DNA of 64,000 nt from a virus, in the IMG/VR virus record IMGVR_UViG_3300042402_001861, positions 64,001 through 128,000 of that record; one strand, 5' to 3'. Shown here one piece after another: positions 10,552 to 20,242 of this stretch. Positions within the stretch are counted from its first letter, which is position 1. The number at the start of each line of letters is the position of its first letter. Below the pieces are notes generated by a model that had not been told where the DNA came from, did no database searches, and saw only the letters and a program-made list of their open reading frames with translations. The translations under genes and the position numbers were made by a program.

Positions 10552-11120
10552 GCATACTTGACGAAAAGGGTCTGACAGGCAAGGATTACGGAATCGCAGA
10601 TCGTGATTCTTTCGGTGCTGCATGTTCCACGCCGCTGAACACGAACACAACGATCCCGACAAATTTTCTGTTCATGTGTCGGAAGATACCGTCCTTTACC
10701 TACTTCATTCAGGACTTTTCCCTGCCCGAAACAAGCAAGGAATCTATTGCGTCTGACTTCATGTTCGGACCTTCCGTGAAGTTCCCCAATGCCACTATTG
10801 GTTATGGCACCCTAACAATCAAGTTTATCATTAATGAGGATTTCTCAAACTATCACTCCATAGTCAAGTGGATGCTTGAGAATACTGGTTACACGGAATT
10901 CGTTGCTGACCAGAAGTACAACGAAGGAGCGAACGAGGAAGGAACTCTGATTCTCCTATCCAACAAGAAGAATCCGATTCGAAGAATCAATTTCGAAGGT
11001 CTGATTCCAACAGAACTCTCTGGCATAGACTTTGCTAGCGATGTCACCGATATCAACACGCTGACCGCAACATTGAAATTTGCCGTGTCGGCATTCAGCA
11101 TCAAGACCGTTTCTCCTTGA
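10548..11120 (+). CDS. Tail completion/terminator protein, gp3-like paralog 2
   Basis: Same motif layout as the upstream gene (FIINEDFSNY, FEGLIPTELS); ATGA overlap. Confidence 0.75.
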   Translation: MSILDEKGLTGKDYGIADRDSFGAACSTPLNTNTTIPTNFLFMCRKIPSFTYFIQDFSLPETSKESIASDFMFGPSVKFPNATIGYGTLTIKFIINEDFSNYHSIVKWMLENTGYTEFVADQKYNEGANEEGTLILLSNKKNPIRRINFEGLIPTELSGIDFASDVTDINTLTATLKFAVSAFSIKTVSP

Positions 11121-11144
11121 CTTTGTTGTGTGGGGTGTTATACT
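11117..11144 (+). promoter_or_regulatory. Sigma70-type promoter for uvsY
   Basis: TTGACT-16 nt-TATACT, ATG 9 nt downstream; near-copy of the gp45 promoter. Confidence 0.75.
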
Positions 11145-11153
11145 GTTCTCACC

Positions 11154-11591
11154 ATGAACTTTGAGAAGATCAAGGAGATGGCCGAAAAAGACTTGGCCAT
11201 CGATGACACGGAACTTGGCAATGAGTCAACTCGCATTCCGCAACTTCACAATAAGTATCTCGTCATCTTCCATGATGAGAGACTTGTCCTTCGCAAGGCA
11301 CAGTCCGACTACAGGACATTGAGGAAGGACAAGTGGGAGTACTATACGGGAAAGATGTCTCAGGAACGACTGACAGAACTCGGGTGGCAGCCGTTTCAGT
11401 CGCGGATACTACGAAACGATCTGGATGTCTACATGGACTCCGATCCCGATCTGTCTGCCCTGCGGGTGAAGATAGAATATCAGGAGGAGAAGGTGGATTA
11501 TCTGGAGTCCGTGCTGAAGGGAATATCACAGAGACATTGGGTGATTCGCAATTCAATCGAATGGCGAAAGTTCACCAACGGCATCGTCTGA
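11154..11591 (+). CDS. uvsY: Recombination mediator UvsY
   Basis: ESTRIPQLHNKYL, KWEYYTGK, IRNSIEWRKFTNG; adjacent to uvsW. Confidence 0.93.
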   Translation: MNFEKIKEMAEKDLAIDDTELGNESTRIPQLHNKYLVIFHDERLVLRKAQSDYRTLRKDKWEYYTGKMSQERLTELGWQPFQSRILRNDLDVYMDSDPDLSALRVKIEYQEEKVDYLESVLKGISQRHWVIRNSIEWRKFTNGIV

Positions 11592-11623
11592 ATCAACCTG
11601 GTTTGGGCACCCTAAATAATGGG

Positions 11624-13150
11624 ATGCCTGAAGTAATCGTTCATCGGCACAATACTGTTCATGTTCGTCTGTCATGCGAACCTGCGATAGCCCGTGAGAT
11701 TCAGGAGTACTTCACCTTCGAAGTACCCAATGCACGGTTCACCCCTGCTTTCCGCAATCGACATTGGGACGGCAAGATACGGATGTTCCACCCAAGGAAC
11801 GGACTGCTGTATGTTGGTCTGTTGGATTACCTTGCACAGTTCTGCGAGGAACGCAAGTATCACCTGACGGTTGACCGCAAGTTGATAAACCCCGTGGAGC
11901 CCTGCACACGGGAGGAATGCGTCAGCAAGATCATCAAGAACTTGAATCTGTCCGCACAAGGACAATCGATTGATCCACATGAACATCAAGTGGATGCGAT
12001 TCACCATGCACTCAACAGCAATCGATGCCTGCTGCTTTCTCCGACTGCAAGCGGAAAGAGCCTCATCATCTATGTCTTGTCTCGATTTTATTCGCAGTTG
12101 CTTGCGGCTAGGGAGCAGCGAGTACTGATCGTGGTTCCGAGCATTTCGCTCGTCACTCAGTTGTTCAATGACTTCAAGGACTATGCCACGAACGATCCAA
12201 ACGGATGGACGGCAGAGGATCATTGCCACAAGGTCTACGGTGGCGAGGAGAAGGACGATCCGACAAAGCAGATCGTCATCACGACATGGCAGTCTATTTA
12301 CAAGTTGCCCAAGGACTACTTCGATCAGTTTGGTGCCGTGGTCGGGGACGAAGCACATTTGTTCAAGGCCGCAAGCCTGACGAGCATCATGTCCAAGTTG
12401 GTCGATTGCCCTTATCGCATCGCATTGACGGGAACTCTTGACGGTACGCAGACACACAAGTTGGCAATTGAAGGGCTGTTTGGTCCCGTGAAGCAAGTCA
12501 CCACGACCAAGGAATTGATCGACAAGAAACTTCTTTCCAACCTTGAGATCGACTGCATCCTCCTGACCTATCCCGATGAAGTCTGCAAGACAATCGCGGG
12601 AATACAGTATCAGGAAGAGATCGAATGGATAGTCTGCTGCGAGGCACGGAACAAGTTGATTTCCAAGTTGGCAAATTCGACCAAGGGCAACACGCTTGTG
12701 CTTTTCCAATTTGTCGAGAAACACGGCAAGCCACTTCATGCATTGATTTCATCCGAGGCAGGGGACACACGCAAGGTCTTCTATGTGTCGGGCGAAACCG
12801 AGGGCGAGGTTCGCGAAGACATTCGGCAGATTACCGAGAACGAGGACAATGCAATCATCGTAGCATCGTATGGAACATTCAGCACGGGAATCAACATTCG
12901 CTCGCTCAAGAACATCATCTTCGCTTCCCCGTCAAAGAGCCGAATCCGTGTGTTGCAAAGCATCGGCAGACAGTTGAGAAAGTCAAGCCGCAAGGACAAG
13001 GCAAGGCTCTATGACATTGCAGATGACTTGCATTGGAAGTCAAGGAAAAATCACACCCTGAAGCATTTCATCGAAAGGGTGAAAATCTACAACGAAGAAT
13101 CCTTCGAATACAAGATGGTAAAGATACCCATCAAGGGAGCAACCACATGA
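11624..13150 (+). CDS. uvsW: UvsW SF2 helicase
   Basis: SPTASGKS, GDEAH, LTGTL, ASYGTFSTGINI, LQSIGRQLR; start moved to ATG 5 nt after TAAATA 11613-11618. Confidence 0.96.
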   Translation: MPEVIVHRHNTVHVRLSCEPAIAREIQEYFTFEVPNARFTPAFRNRHWDGKIRMFHPRNGLLYVGLLDYLAQFCEERKYHLTVDRKLINPVEPCTREECVSKIIKNLNLSAQGQSIDPHEHQVDAIHHALNSNRCLLLSPTASGKSLIIYVLSRFYSQLLAAREQRVLIVVPSISLVTQLFNDFKDYATNDPNGWTAEDHCHKVYGGEEKDDPTKQIVITTWQSIYKLPKDYFDQFGAVVGDEAHLFKAASLTSIMSKLVDCPYRIALTGTLDGTQTHKLAIEGLFGPVKQVTTTKELIDKKLLSNLEIDCILLTYPDEVCKTIAGIQYQEEIEWIVCCEARNKLISKLANSTKGNTLVLFQFVEKHGKPLHALISSEAGDTRKVFYVSGETEGEVREDIRQITENEDNAIIVASYGTFSTGINIRSLKNIIFASPSKSRIRVLQSIGRQLRKSSRKDKARLYDIADDLHWKSRKNHTLKHFIERVKIYNEESFEYKMVKIPIKGATT

Positions 13151-13698
13151 TCGAATTCTCAAAGGAAAGACCGGTCGAAACGAAATTGGTTCGCCTGCGC
13201 TCAGGGGAGACATTGATATGTTGCTTGCAGGAATTTGAGACAGGTTATGTCGTGGAGAAGCCTATGTCCGTCACATCCGTGCCGCTTATGGACAAGCAGG
13301 GCATGGTTCAGAAGGTAGGTGTATACCTCAAGGATTGGATCGATTACACGGACGATACATACTTTGTCATCACGAAGGACATTGTTCTTGTCTTGGCAAA
13401 TCCTGACAAGAAGATGGTTGAGGATTACATTGAGGCAAAGATCAAGTCTGACATACAACGCTCAGAGATAGAACTTGCCGAGACAATGCAGGAATATCTT
13501 CAACAAATGGGGTCAATCGATCAGTCTAAGTTGCAGGAAGAGCGTGACATGGGGGACGAAAGCGACTACACTCCCCCACAGCAGGAAGAACAGACAGAAC
13601 AGGACAATGATGATCAAGAGGAACAGGATGAAGAGGAAGATGATGGGGATGACGGGACTCCACCGTGGTGGAACAACAATCCCCGTGTCAAATTCTGA
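13147..13698 (+). CDS. Hypothetical protein, Sm-like N-terminus, acidic tail
   Basis: LVRLRSGETLIC pattern as in the genes that follow uvsW in T4-like phages; ATGA overlap. Confidence 0.65.
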   Translation: MIEFSKERPVETKLVRLRSGETLICCLQEFETGYVVEKPMSVTSVPLMDKQGMVQKVGVYLKDWIDYTDDTYFVITKDIVLVLANPDKKMVEDYIEAKIKSDIQRSEIELAETMQEYLQQMGSIDQSKLQEERDMGDESDYTPPQQEEQTEQDNDDQEEQDEEEDDGDDGTPPWWNNNPRVKF

Positions 13699-13840
13699 CC
13701 TAACAGTTCCGTACTGGATAAACCAATAGAACCATTCATTTCATCCCGGACACCGGTATTTAGTACCTAGACCACGACAGCACCAATAATTATTCTGGTT
13801 TCATGCGAATTTCTTTTCTGAAAAAGTGAGAGTAAAAACA

Positions 13841-14416
13841 ATGGGTAAGAAGGCAAGTCATTACATAGACAACAAGCGATTCCTGAAGGAAATAACCGAT
13901 CACCGAAAGGCCGTCAGGAGAGCCAATCGTGCAGGAGAGAAGCCGCCGGGAGTAACCGATTACATCGGGCAATGCTTCCTTGACATCGCCAACAATCTTG
14001 CAAAGAAGCCCAACTTTGCAAATTACAGTTTCAAGGAAGAGATGGTCGGGGATGCCGTGGAGAACTGCATCATGTATGCGACCAACTTCGATCCCAAGAA
14101 ATCAAAGAATCCGTTCGCCTTCTTCACGCAGATAACCTTCTATGCCTTCCTTCGTCGCATAAGCAAGGAGAAGAAGCAACTCTACATCAAGTTGAAGTGC
14201 TTTGAGGACAATGACCCATCGGGCAAGTTCCGTAATTGGATGGATGAAGGCAAGATTCCCGAGAGCAGCGATGAAGTTGCCGAGATCATCGGACTTTCAG
14301 AAACAGACATGAACAACTTCAAGAACGAGAAGGAAAAGAAGTTGAAGAAGAAGAGCCGCAAGAAGAAAGACGCTGCTGGTGCCAAGAATGTCCTTGACGA
14401 CTTCATGGATGAGTGA
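13841..14416 (+). CDS. gp55: Late transcription sigma factor
   Basis: HYIDNKRFL, KKPNFANYSFKEEMVGD, NPFAFFTQITFYAFLRRI. Confidence 0.97.
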   Translation: MGKKASHYIDNKRFLKEITDHRKAVRRANRAGEKPPGVTDYIGQCFLDIANNLAKKPNFANYSFKEEMVGDAVENCIMYATNFDPKKSKNPFAFFTQITFYAFLRRISKEKKQLYIKLKCFEDNDPSGKFRNWMDEGKIPESSDEVAEIIGLSETDMNNFKNEKEKKLKKKSRKKKDAAGAKNVLDDFMDE

Positions 14417-14430
14417 TAGACTCTGACTCA

Positions 14431-15477
14431 ATGCGTATCGCCATCGTTACGGATACACACTTCGGAGCAAGATCGGATTCACCGATCTTCCTTCATCATT
14501 TCTTCAAATTCGTTGAAGAGGTGTTCTTTCCGTATCTTGAAAAGAACAAGATTGACACGGTTCTTCACTTGGGCGACTTGCTTGATCGCCGCAAGTTCGT
14601 GAACTTTGCAACTCTGAATGAGGTACGCAAGCGGTTCATGGAACCGTTGGTGAGCAAGCATCGGGTGTATGCCATTCCCGGCAACCACGATGTGTACTTC
14701 AAGAACACGAACCAAGTAAACTCGCTGCGTGAATTGTTCCATGATGACTTGGGAGATGGACTGATCGAACATCCACGAATCATCGATTTCGCTGGCTGTC
14801 GCATCGGATTCGTGCCTTGGATCACCAAGGACAACACCGACGAATGCATGAAGTTCATCAAGGACGCTGCCGATGCAAAGGTGCCGTTCCTGATGGGTCA
14901 CTTCGAACTCAACGGATACGAAGTCATGCGTGGCGTGAAGTTTGAGGAAGGCATGGATCCCGATACCCTGAAGGATTTTGAAGCGGTCTTCAGCGGACAC
15001 TTCCACCAAAAGCACAGCAAGGGCAATGTGCATTACTTGGGTACGCCCTATCAGATCACATTTGCAGATTTGAACGAGCCAAAGGGCTTCCATGTCCTTG
15101 ATACAGACAAGCACACCATTGAATACATAAAGAACCCGCTGACGATTTTCACTCAGTTGGTCTATGATGACGATAAGACCGATTACACAAACCTCAACCT
15201 CGACAAGTACAAGCACACATTCGTCCGCATCGTTGTCAAGTCCAAGACAAATCCCGTTATGTTCGATGCCCTGATTGACAGACTGACGGACTGCGGCGTG
15301 TATGGAGCGACGGTAATTGAGGACAAGGAATTGGGAATCACCTTGACCGAACAGGTCGATGTCGCTCAGGACACATTGTCCCTGATCAACAACGAGATCG
15401 ACCAGTTGAAGGTCAAGAATCCCGGCAAACTCAAGGGCATTCTGAAAGAATTGTATCTTGAATCACTCTACTCTTAA
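14431..15477 (+). CDS. gp47: Recombination endonuclease, Mre11/SbcD-like
   Basis: DTHFG, LGD, GNHD, GHFEL, SGHFH motifs; alternative GTG start at 14413. Confidence 0.96.
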   Translation: MRIAIVTDTHFGARSDSPIFLHHFFKFVEEVFFPYLEKNKIDTVLHLGDLLDRRKFVNFATLNEVRKRFMEPLVSKHRVYAIPGNHDVYFKNTNQVNSLRELFHDDLGDGLIEHPRIIDFAGCRIGFVPWITKDNTDECMKFIKDAADAKVPFLMGHFELNGYEVMRGVKFEEGMDPDTLKDFEAVFSGHFHQKHSKGNVHYLGTPYQITFADLNEPKGFHVLDTDKHTIEYIKNPLTIFTQLVYDDDKTDYTNLNLDKYKHTFVRIVVKSKTNPVMFDALIDRLTDCGVYGATVIEDKELGITLTEQVDVAQDTLSLINNEIDQLKVKNPGKLKGILKELYLESLYS

Positions 15478-15487
15478 GGAGATCAGT

Positions 15488-15802
15488 ATGGCACTTCCCG
15501 TGAAGATTTTCGGTTTGCAGACAGGAGAACAGGTTCTTGGCCAGATTGTTGCCGAGAACATGGATAACGGCACTTGCACGATCAAGAACCCTGCGGTTCT
15601 TGTTCCTGCCGGACAGGGCAAGTTGGCCCTTGTTCCTTGGCTTCCCTACGCAGAGTACGAGGATGGCGTGAGCGTCCGTGGCGTACTCTTCAGCGTGGTT
15701 CCCACCGATGGGCTGCTCAAGGAGTACACCACAGGCTTCGTGAGTGGGTTGGTGGTTCCTTCGAACAAGATCGAAACACCGACATTGAAGATCACACAAT
15801 AA
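15488..15802 (+). CDS. Hypothetical Sm-like protein
   Basis: LQTGEQVLG, IKNPAVL, LVPWLPY; SD aaggag. Confidence 0.7.
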   Translation: MALPVKIFGLQTGEQVLGQIVAENMDNGTCTIKNPAVLVPAGQGKLALVPWLPYAEYEDGVSVRGVLFSVVPTDGLLKEYTTGFVSGLVVPSNKIETPTLKITQ

Positions 15803-15820
15803 CAAAGAAAGGAGGCTCCA

Positions 15821-15943
15821 ATGGAATTCATTCAGAACGCCCTTGGGACTTTCTTCTACACGGTAGTCGTGTTCATCGCTGGTGCGGTGATCGGCGTTCC
15901 GATGTGGAAGTGGCTGTCCCCGAAGATGCCTTGGAACAAGTAA
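15821..15943 (+). CDS. 40-aa single-TM protein (not in ORF track)
   Basis: SD ggagg 15811-15815; MEFIQNALGTFFYTVVVFIAGAVIGVPMWKWLSPKMPWNK. Confidence 0.7.
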   Translation: MEFIQNALGTFFYTVVVFIAGAVIGVPMWKWLSPKMPWNK

Positions 15944-15983
15944 TCCAAGGATTCGTGATGCTGTCCGGTAGGGAGTATTTACC

Positions 15984-17711
15984 ATGATTAGATTTGAAAA
16001 ACTCCGATGGAAGAATTTGCTCTCTACCGGACAGTATTTCACGGAAATCGACCTGACAAAGGCCAACACGACATTGATTTGTGGAGAGAACGGCGCAGGG
16101 AAATCCACGATGCTGGATGCCCTGTGCTTCGTTCTTTTTGGAAAGCCTTATCGCAACATCAACCTTCCGCAGTTGGTCAACAGCATCAATCAGAAGGATT
16201 CCGTGGTGGAGATTGAATTCACCATCGGCAAGGATTCCTACAAGGTGATCCGTGGTCAGGCACCGAAGTTGTTTGAAGTACACAAGAACGGCAAGTTGAT
16301 AGATCAGGAAGCAAAGAGCAAGGACTATCAACGAATGTTCGAAGAGCAGATTCTTCGAATGAACTACAAGTCGTTCTGTCAGGTTGTCATCCTTGGTTCG
16401 GCCAACTATGTTCCGTTCATGCGGCTTGTGGCTGCGGAGCGACGATCCATCGTTGAGACTATCCTTGACATCAACATCTTCAGCACGATGAATGTGATCC
16501 TCAAGGGAAAGGTTTCGCAGAACCGAGAGGAACTTGTCGAACTTGAGGGCAAGATTGCCGTCCTGAAGGAGCGTATCTCCTTGCAGAAGAAGTACATGGA
16601 GGAGAAGACCAAGGACGAGAAGGACATCGTTGAGAAGTATCAGACCGAGATCAACGAGGCATTGGAGCGAATCGAAACTATCAAGAAAGAACTTTCCGAT
16701 CATCAGCAGCATCTGTCAGAATACCTTGAGAAGATCGATGACAAGCCCCTGATCGAAAGCAACAAGGCGAACCTTGATTCGTTGCAGAAGCAGTTGACAA
16801 CAAAGATCAAGAGCCTGAACACAAGCATCGACTTCTACGAAAAGAACGACACTTGTCCAACCTGTACGCAGTCCATCGGGAGCGATTTCAAGGAATCCGC
16901 CAAGAGCGGACTTGCATCGAAGAAGAGGGAAGTGGAGACTGCCATGGAAGAGATTGGCAAGCAGATGACCAAGGTGGCAGAACGGATGGAGGAATTGCGG
17001 GAAACCGTCCTTGCAATGAAGGAGATTGAGTCGGACATCAATGACTGCAAGAATGAACTGTCCATGCAGAAGAAGTTCATCGACAAGACCAAGCAGAAAC
17101 TTGAGGAAGCCAAGGCTCCCAAGACCGATGATTCGAAGGAAAAGGAGGAGTTTGCCAAGAGCATTGCCGATGAGGCAGAACTTGTATCCTCACGCAACGA
17201 GTTGGTGGACACTCAGTACTACTATGGCGTGGCTTCAACCCTCCTGAAGGACTCGGGCATCAAGAGCAGGATCATCAAGCATTACATTCCCGTCATCAAC
17301 AAGGTAATCAATCAGTACCTGACGCAGATGGGCCTGTTCGTGAATTTCAATCTTGACGAGGAGTTCAACGAAACGATCCTGTCTCGCCATCGCGATACCT
17401 TCACCTATGCATCCTTCAGCGAGGGAGAGAAGAAGAAGATCGATCTTGCCTTGCTGTTTGCATGGAGGGCAATTGCACAGATGAAGAATTCGGTGTCAAC
17501 AAACCTGTTGATCCTTGACGAGGTGCTTGACGGAAGTCTTGATGATGCAGCCTCCGAGTCCTTCCTTGACTTGCTGAAGGGATTGGACAACGACACGAAT
17601 GTGTTCGTGATAAGCCACAAGCCCAAGGAACTACTTGAGTCCAAGTTCAGCAGGCTACTTACCTTCGTCAAGCGAAACAACTTCAGCAGTATCGCAAGCA
17701 CGAAGGCTTGA
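15984..17711 (+). CDS. gp46: Recombination ATPase, Rad50/SbcC-like
   Basis: GENGAGKS, CPTC zinc hook, FSEGEK, LILDEVLD. Confidence 0.97.
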   Translation: MIRFEKLRWKNLLSTGQYFTEIDLTKANTTLICGENGAGKSTMLDALCFVLFGKPYRNINLPQLVNSINQKDSVVEIEFTIGKDSYKVIRGQAPKLFEVHKNGKLIDQEAKSKDYQRMFEEQILRMNYKSFCQVVILGSANYVPFMRLVAAERRSIVETILDINIFSTMNVILKGKVSQNREELVELEGKIAVLKERISLQKKYMEEKTKDEKDIVEKYQTEINEALERIETIKKELSDHQQHLSEYLEKIDDKPLIESNKANLDSLQKQLTTKIKSLNTSIDFYEKNDTCPTCTQSIGSDFKESAKSGLASKKREVETAMEEIGKQMTKVAERMEELRETVLAMKEIESDINDCKNELSMQKKFIDKTKQKLEEAKAPKTDDSKEKEEFAKSIADEAELVSSRNELVDTQYYYGVASTLLKDSGIKSRIIKHYIPVINKVINQYLTQMGLFVNFNLDEEFNETILSRHRDTFTYASFSEGEKKKIDLALLFAWRAIAQMKNSVSTNLLILDEVLDGSLDDAASESFLDLLKGLDNDTNVFVISHKPKELLESKFSRLLTFVKRNNFSSIASTKA

Positions 17712-17714
17712 TCG

Positions 17715-20189
17715 TCAGTCCGACAACTTGACAGTAATCATGTACTGCTTCTTGGGTGATACCTTGAGCATTGCCGCTGCCTTCTGTTGTGCAGCGAAAG
17801 AAGTTGGAGCCTGAACCGAAATCTTCTTTCCCGAATAGAATGCGATGTAATTGTACATCTTCTCTTCGGTGACTTTGGTTTCTTCCTTCTTTGAAGATTT
17901 GCCTACCTTTTGTCCCTTACCGATCTTCTTCAACATCTTTTCTCTTTTGGCATCTGCACGAAGACCGGCTTGAACCTTGGCCTGAGCCTCGCGGGAAGTC
18001 TCAAATCCGCCACCCCAACTTCCTGCCTCGTCAAGTTCTACTTCTTCCTTCTTGATCTTCGAACCATACTTCTTGCCGAAGGAAATCATGTCCATTGCGG
18101 CGGCAAGATTGTCCTTGGCATCCTGAAGGCTCATGCCATTTTCCCTCAGTTTCTTGGGATCGTTGATGATCGACTTGAGCCAAACGACGGAATTCTTTAA
18201 TTGCTTTTCTGTCGGCTGTGCAAATCCCTCGGCTACGACCATCTGATTGTCGTTGATTGCCTTGGCGATCTTCTTGCCGGAGATGCGTCCCGATGGCTTC
18301 TTGCCGGGTGCGCTCAGGCGATACATCGGCTCACCCATGTAGGAAGTGTCATACATCAGGGTGTAGACGGGACCAACCTCTAGGTTTGCAAATGCCACGG
18401 GTCGGTTCAACTTGATCATACGGACACCCTTGAGGACTGCCTTGTAGTCCTCAACCACTTCGACTTCTTCATTCTCCTCAACGCTTTCGCCAAAGAAAGT
18501 CTCAAAGTGATCGTTGACGAGATTGGCGGTGTTGAACCCCATGAACCTCTTCTCAACCCCGTGCTTGTTGAGAATGGCAGTAACGGATGCAAGACGCATG
18601 ACTCCTTGAGCAACACCACCACCCTTCTGCTGCTTCATCAGAGACTTGAGTTCTGCAATTGCAGCCTTGGGAATCGAATACATGAAGTTTTCGATTGCTC
18701 TCTTGGTTGCACTCTCAGAAACTTCGACTTCTTCTTTCTTGAGCATCTTGGTTGGATTCGCCTTGAAGAGTTCTGATGCTTTGAACTGTTTTTGTTTATT
18801 GTCGGGAAGCACAAGAGTGAACAATCCACCTACCACATTCTTGGATGCGGTATAACCAATCAGTTGCCCTCTCTTGTTCATTCCAGGAATCCATAGCATC
18901 TCGCCCTTCTTGAATGGCTTTGGGAATGAATCCTTTGCTTCTGCCACTTCGACTTCTTCCTTGTGAACCTTCTGCTTCGGAACTGTGATACTTGCAGGCT
19001 CACCGACATCAACCACATAGCCACCGCCATGTTGCTGTGCCTTGCCTGTGCCGCCATCATCGAAGCGAACAATCTTGCCGCTGACCATCTTGCCCTTGTG
19101 GGGAACCTTTACCTTGTCGCCTGCCTTGAACTGTTCGGTAACCTCAACATCAACCTCAAAGCCCTCTGCCTTCACATACTTGATATGCCTTGTGATATCC
19201 CATTTTTCAACTACAGGCTTTCCACCTTCGCCTTCGTCTGTGACAATGTAGCAAACGGTTCCCTTGACATTCGCTGCCCGCCAGTCTCCCTTGCTCGTAT
19301 AATCCTTTCGAGAAACACAAACTTCGTGAGGATAGCCATGACTCTTGCCCCATGAGTCCTGCGAGATGCGATATTCAAATGCTTGCTTGCCCGTCTTCTC
19401 GTAGAATCTGCCAAGGACTTTTTCATCGGGATGTGCGTATGCTTCATCGACTTCTTCCTTCACGGGATTGCCTGTCATCGCATGTTTACGAGCAGCCCGT
19501 TCGGTTCGATAAATCTTCACAACCTTGCCGTCCTTGGTGACTACTGCCTTGCCCTTGGGGTGGTGAAGATTGGTGCGAAGTCCGTTGTCCTTTGCCTCTT
19601 CGATCTCACCGTCTTCGATGATTTCCTCTTCCTCTACCTCTTCCTTCTTGCCCTGCTTCTTTGCAAGGATCTTTGCCTTCACCCCTTGATTTACTTGCTT
19701 GAGTTGGTCGGGAGTCAACTTTGTCTTTTCGGTCAGGGTCTGCTCACGCATTTCCCAAGCCTCTTCGACGGTTTCGATGATGACCCATCCGCTCTTGATG
19801 TAACTCTGCACATCCTTAGCGGCAATGACATCAAGGTCTTGGTCATCCTTGCCCCACATGATTCGGCTTCCCGGCATCCCCTGCTTCTTCTTGCGAAGTC
19901 CGCTGAACTGCTTGACGAAGAACATCGGAACCTTGTAGTGCATCAGACGGGCAACCGTGGGGTTCACGGTCTTGGTCTGTCCCGGCGTGGCTACAGCCAC
20001 GGCTTCACGCATGATCTCCATCCCACGGGAGTCCTTGATAATCTGTGCAATGGCTGCATCGTCAGCACACTCAACGATGACCATTCCGTTGGCGCTGCCG
20101 ATTACCTTACCGGCGGCCTGCTTGCGGATCGTGTTTGCGGCAAAGTTAGCGAGGGAAAAGGTCGGAAACTTGAAAGTCAAACGATGCAT
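17715..20189 (-). CDS. 824-aa modular basic protein with repeated acidic linkers, candidate internal head polyprotein
   Basis: About ten KEEVE(V/L)xE-type linkers between short basic modules; late promoter 20223-20228; SD aggag. Confidence 0.7.
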   Translation of the reverse strand: MHRLTFKFPTFSLANFAANTIRKQAAGKVIGSANGMVIVECADDAAIAQIIKDSRGMEIMREAVAVATPGQTKTVNPTVARLMHYKVPMFFVKQFSGLRKKKQGMPGSRIMWGKDDQDLDVIAAKDVQSYIKSGWVIIETVEEAWEMREQTLTEKTKLTPDQLKQVNQGVKAKILAKKQGKKEEVEEEEIIEDGEIEEAKDNGLRTNLHHPKGKAVVTKDGKVVKIYRTERAARKHAMTGNPVKEEVDEAYAHPDEKVLGRFYEKTGKQAFEYRISQDSWGKSHGYPHEVCVSRKDYTSKGDWRAANVKGTVCYIVTDEGEGGKPVVEKWDITRHIKYVKAEGFEVDVEVTEQFKAGDKVKVPHKGKMVSGKIVRFDDGGTGKAQQHGGGYVVDVGEPASITVPKQKVHKEEVEVAEAKDSFPKPFKKGEMLWIPGMNKRGQLIGYTASKNVVGGLFTLVLPDNKQKQFKASELFKANPTKMLKKEEVEVSESATKRAIENFMYSIPKAAIAELKSLMKQQKGGGVAQGVMRLASVTAILNKHGVEKRFMGFNTANLVNDHFETFFGESVEENEEVEVVEDYKAVLKGVRMIKLNRPVAFANLEVGPVYTLMYDTSYMGEPMYRLSAPGKKPSGRISGKKIAKAINDNQMVVAEGFAQPTEKQLKNSVVWLKSIINDPKKLRENGMSLQDAKDNLAAAMDMISFGKKYGSKIKKEEVELDEAGSWGGGFETSREAQAKVQAGLRADAKREKMLKKIGKGQKVGKSSKKEETKVTEEKMYNYIAFYSGKKISVQAPTSFAAQQKAAAMLKVSPKKQYMITVKLSD

Positions 20190-20242
20190 AGGATCTCCTA
20201 TAGGGATGTAAAGACGCTCCCATATTTAGGAAATCCAGCGGA

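Noticed and set aside
11333-11623. Long N-terminal extension of UvsW given by the ORF track (likewise 13033, 26973-27146, 46351, 47524, 48498, 49600, 55116, 62317)
   Set aside because: Extensions overlap upstream genes or non-coding tracts; promoter, SD or coupling signals support the shorter starts
11672-12739. 355-aa antisense ORF in uvsW
   Set aside because: Fully opposite a conserved gene; typical antisense shadow
1-17711. Introns, inteins or homing endonucleases in core genes
   Set aside because: Core ORFs are uninterrupted and no LAGLIDADG, GIY-YIG, HNH or intein motifs were seen
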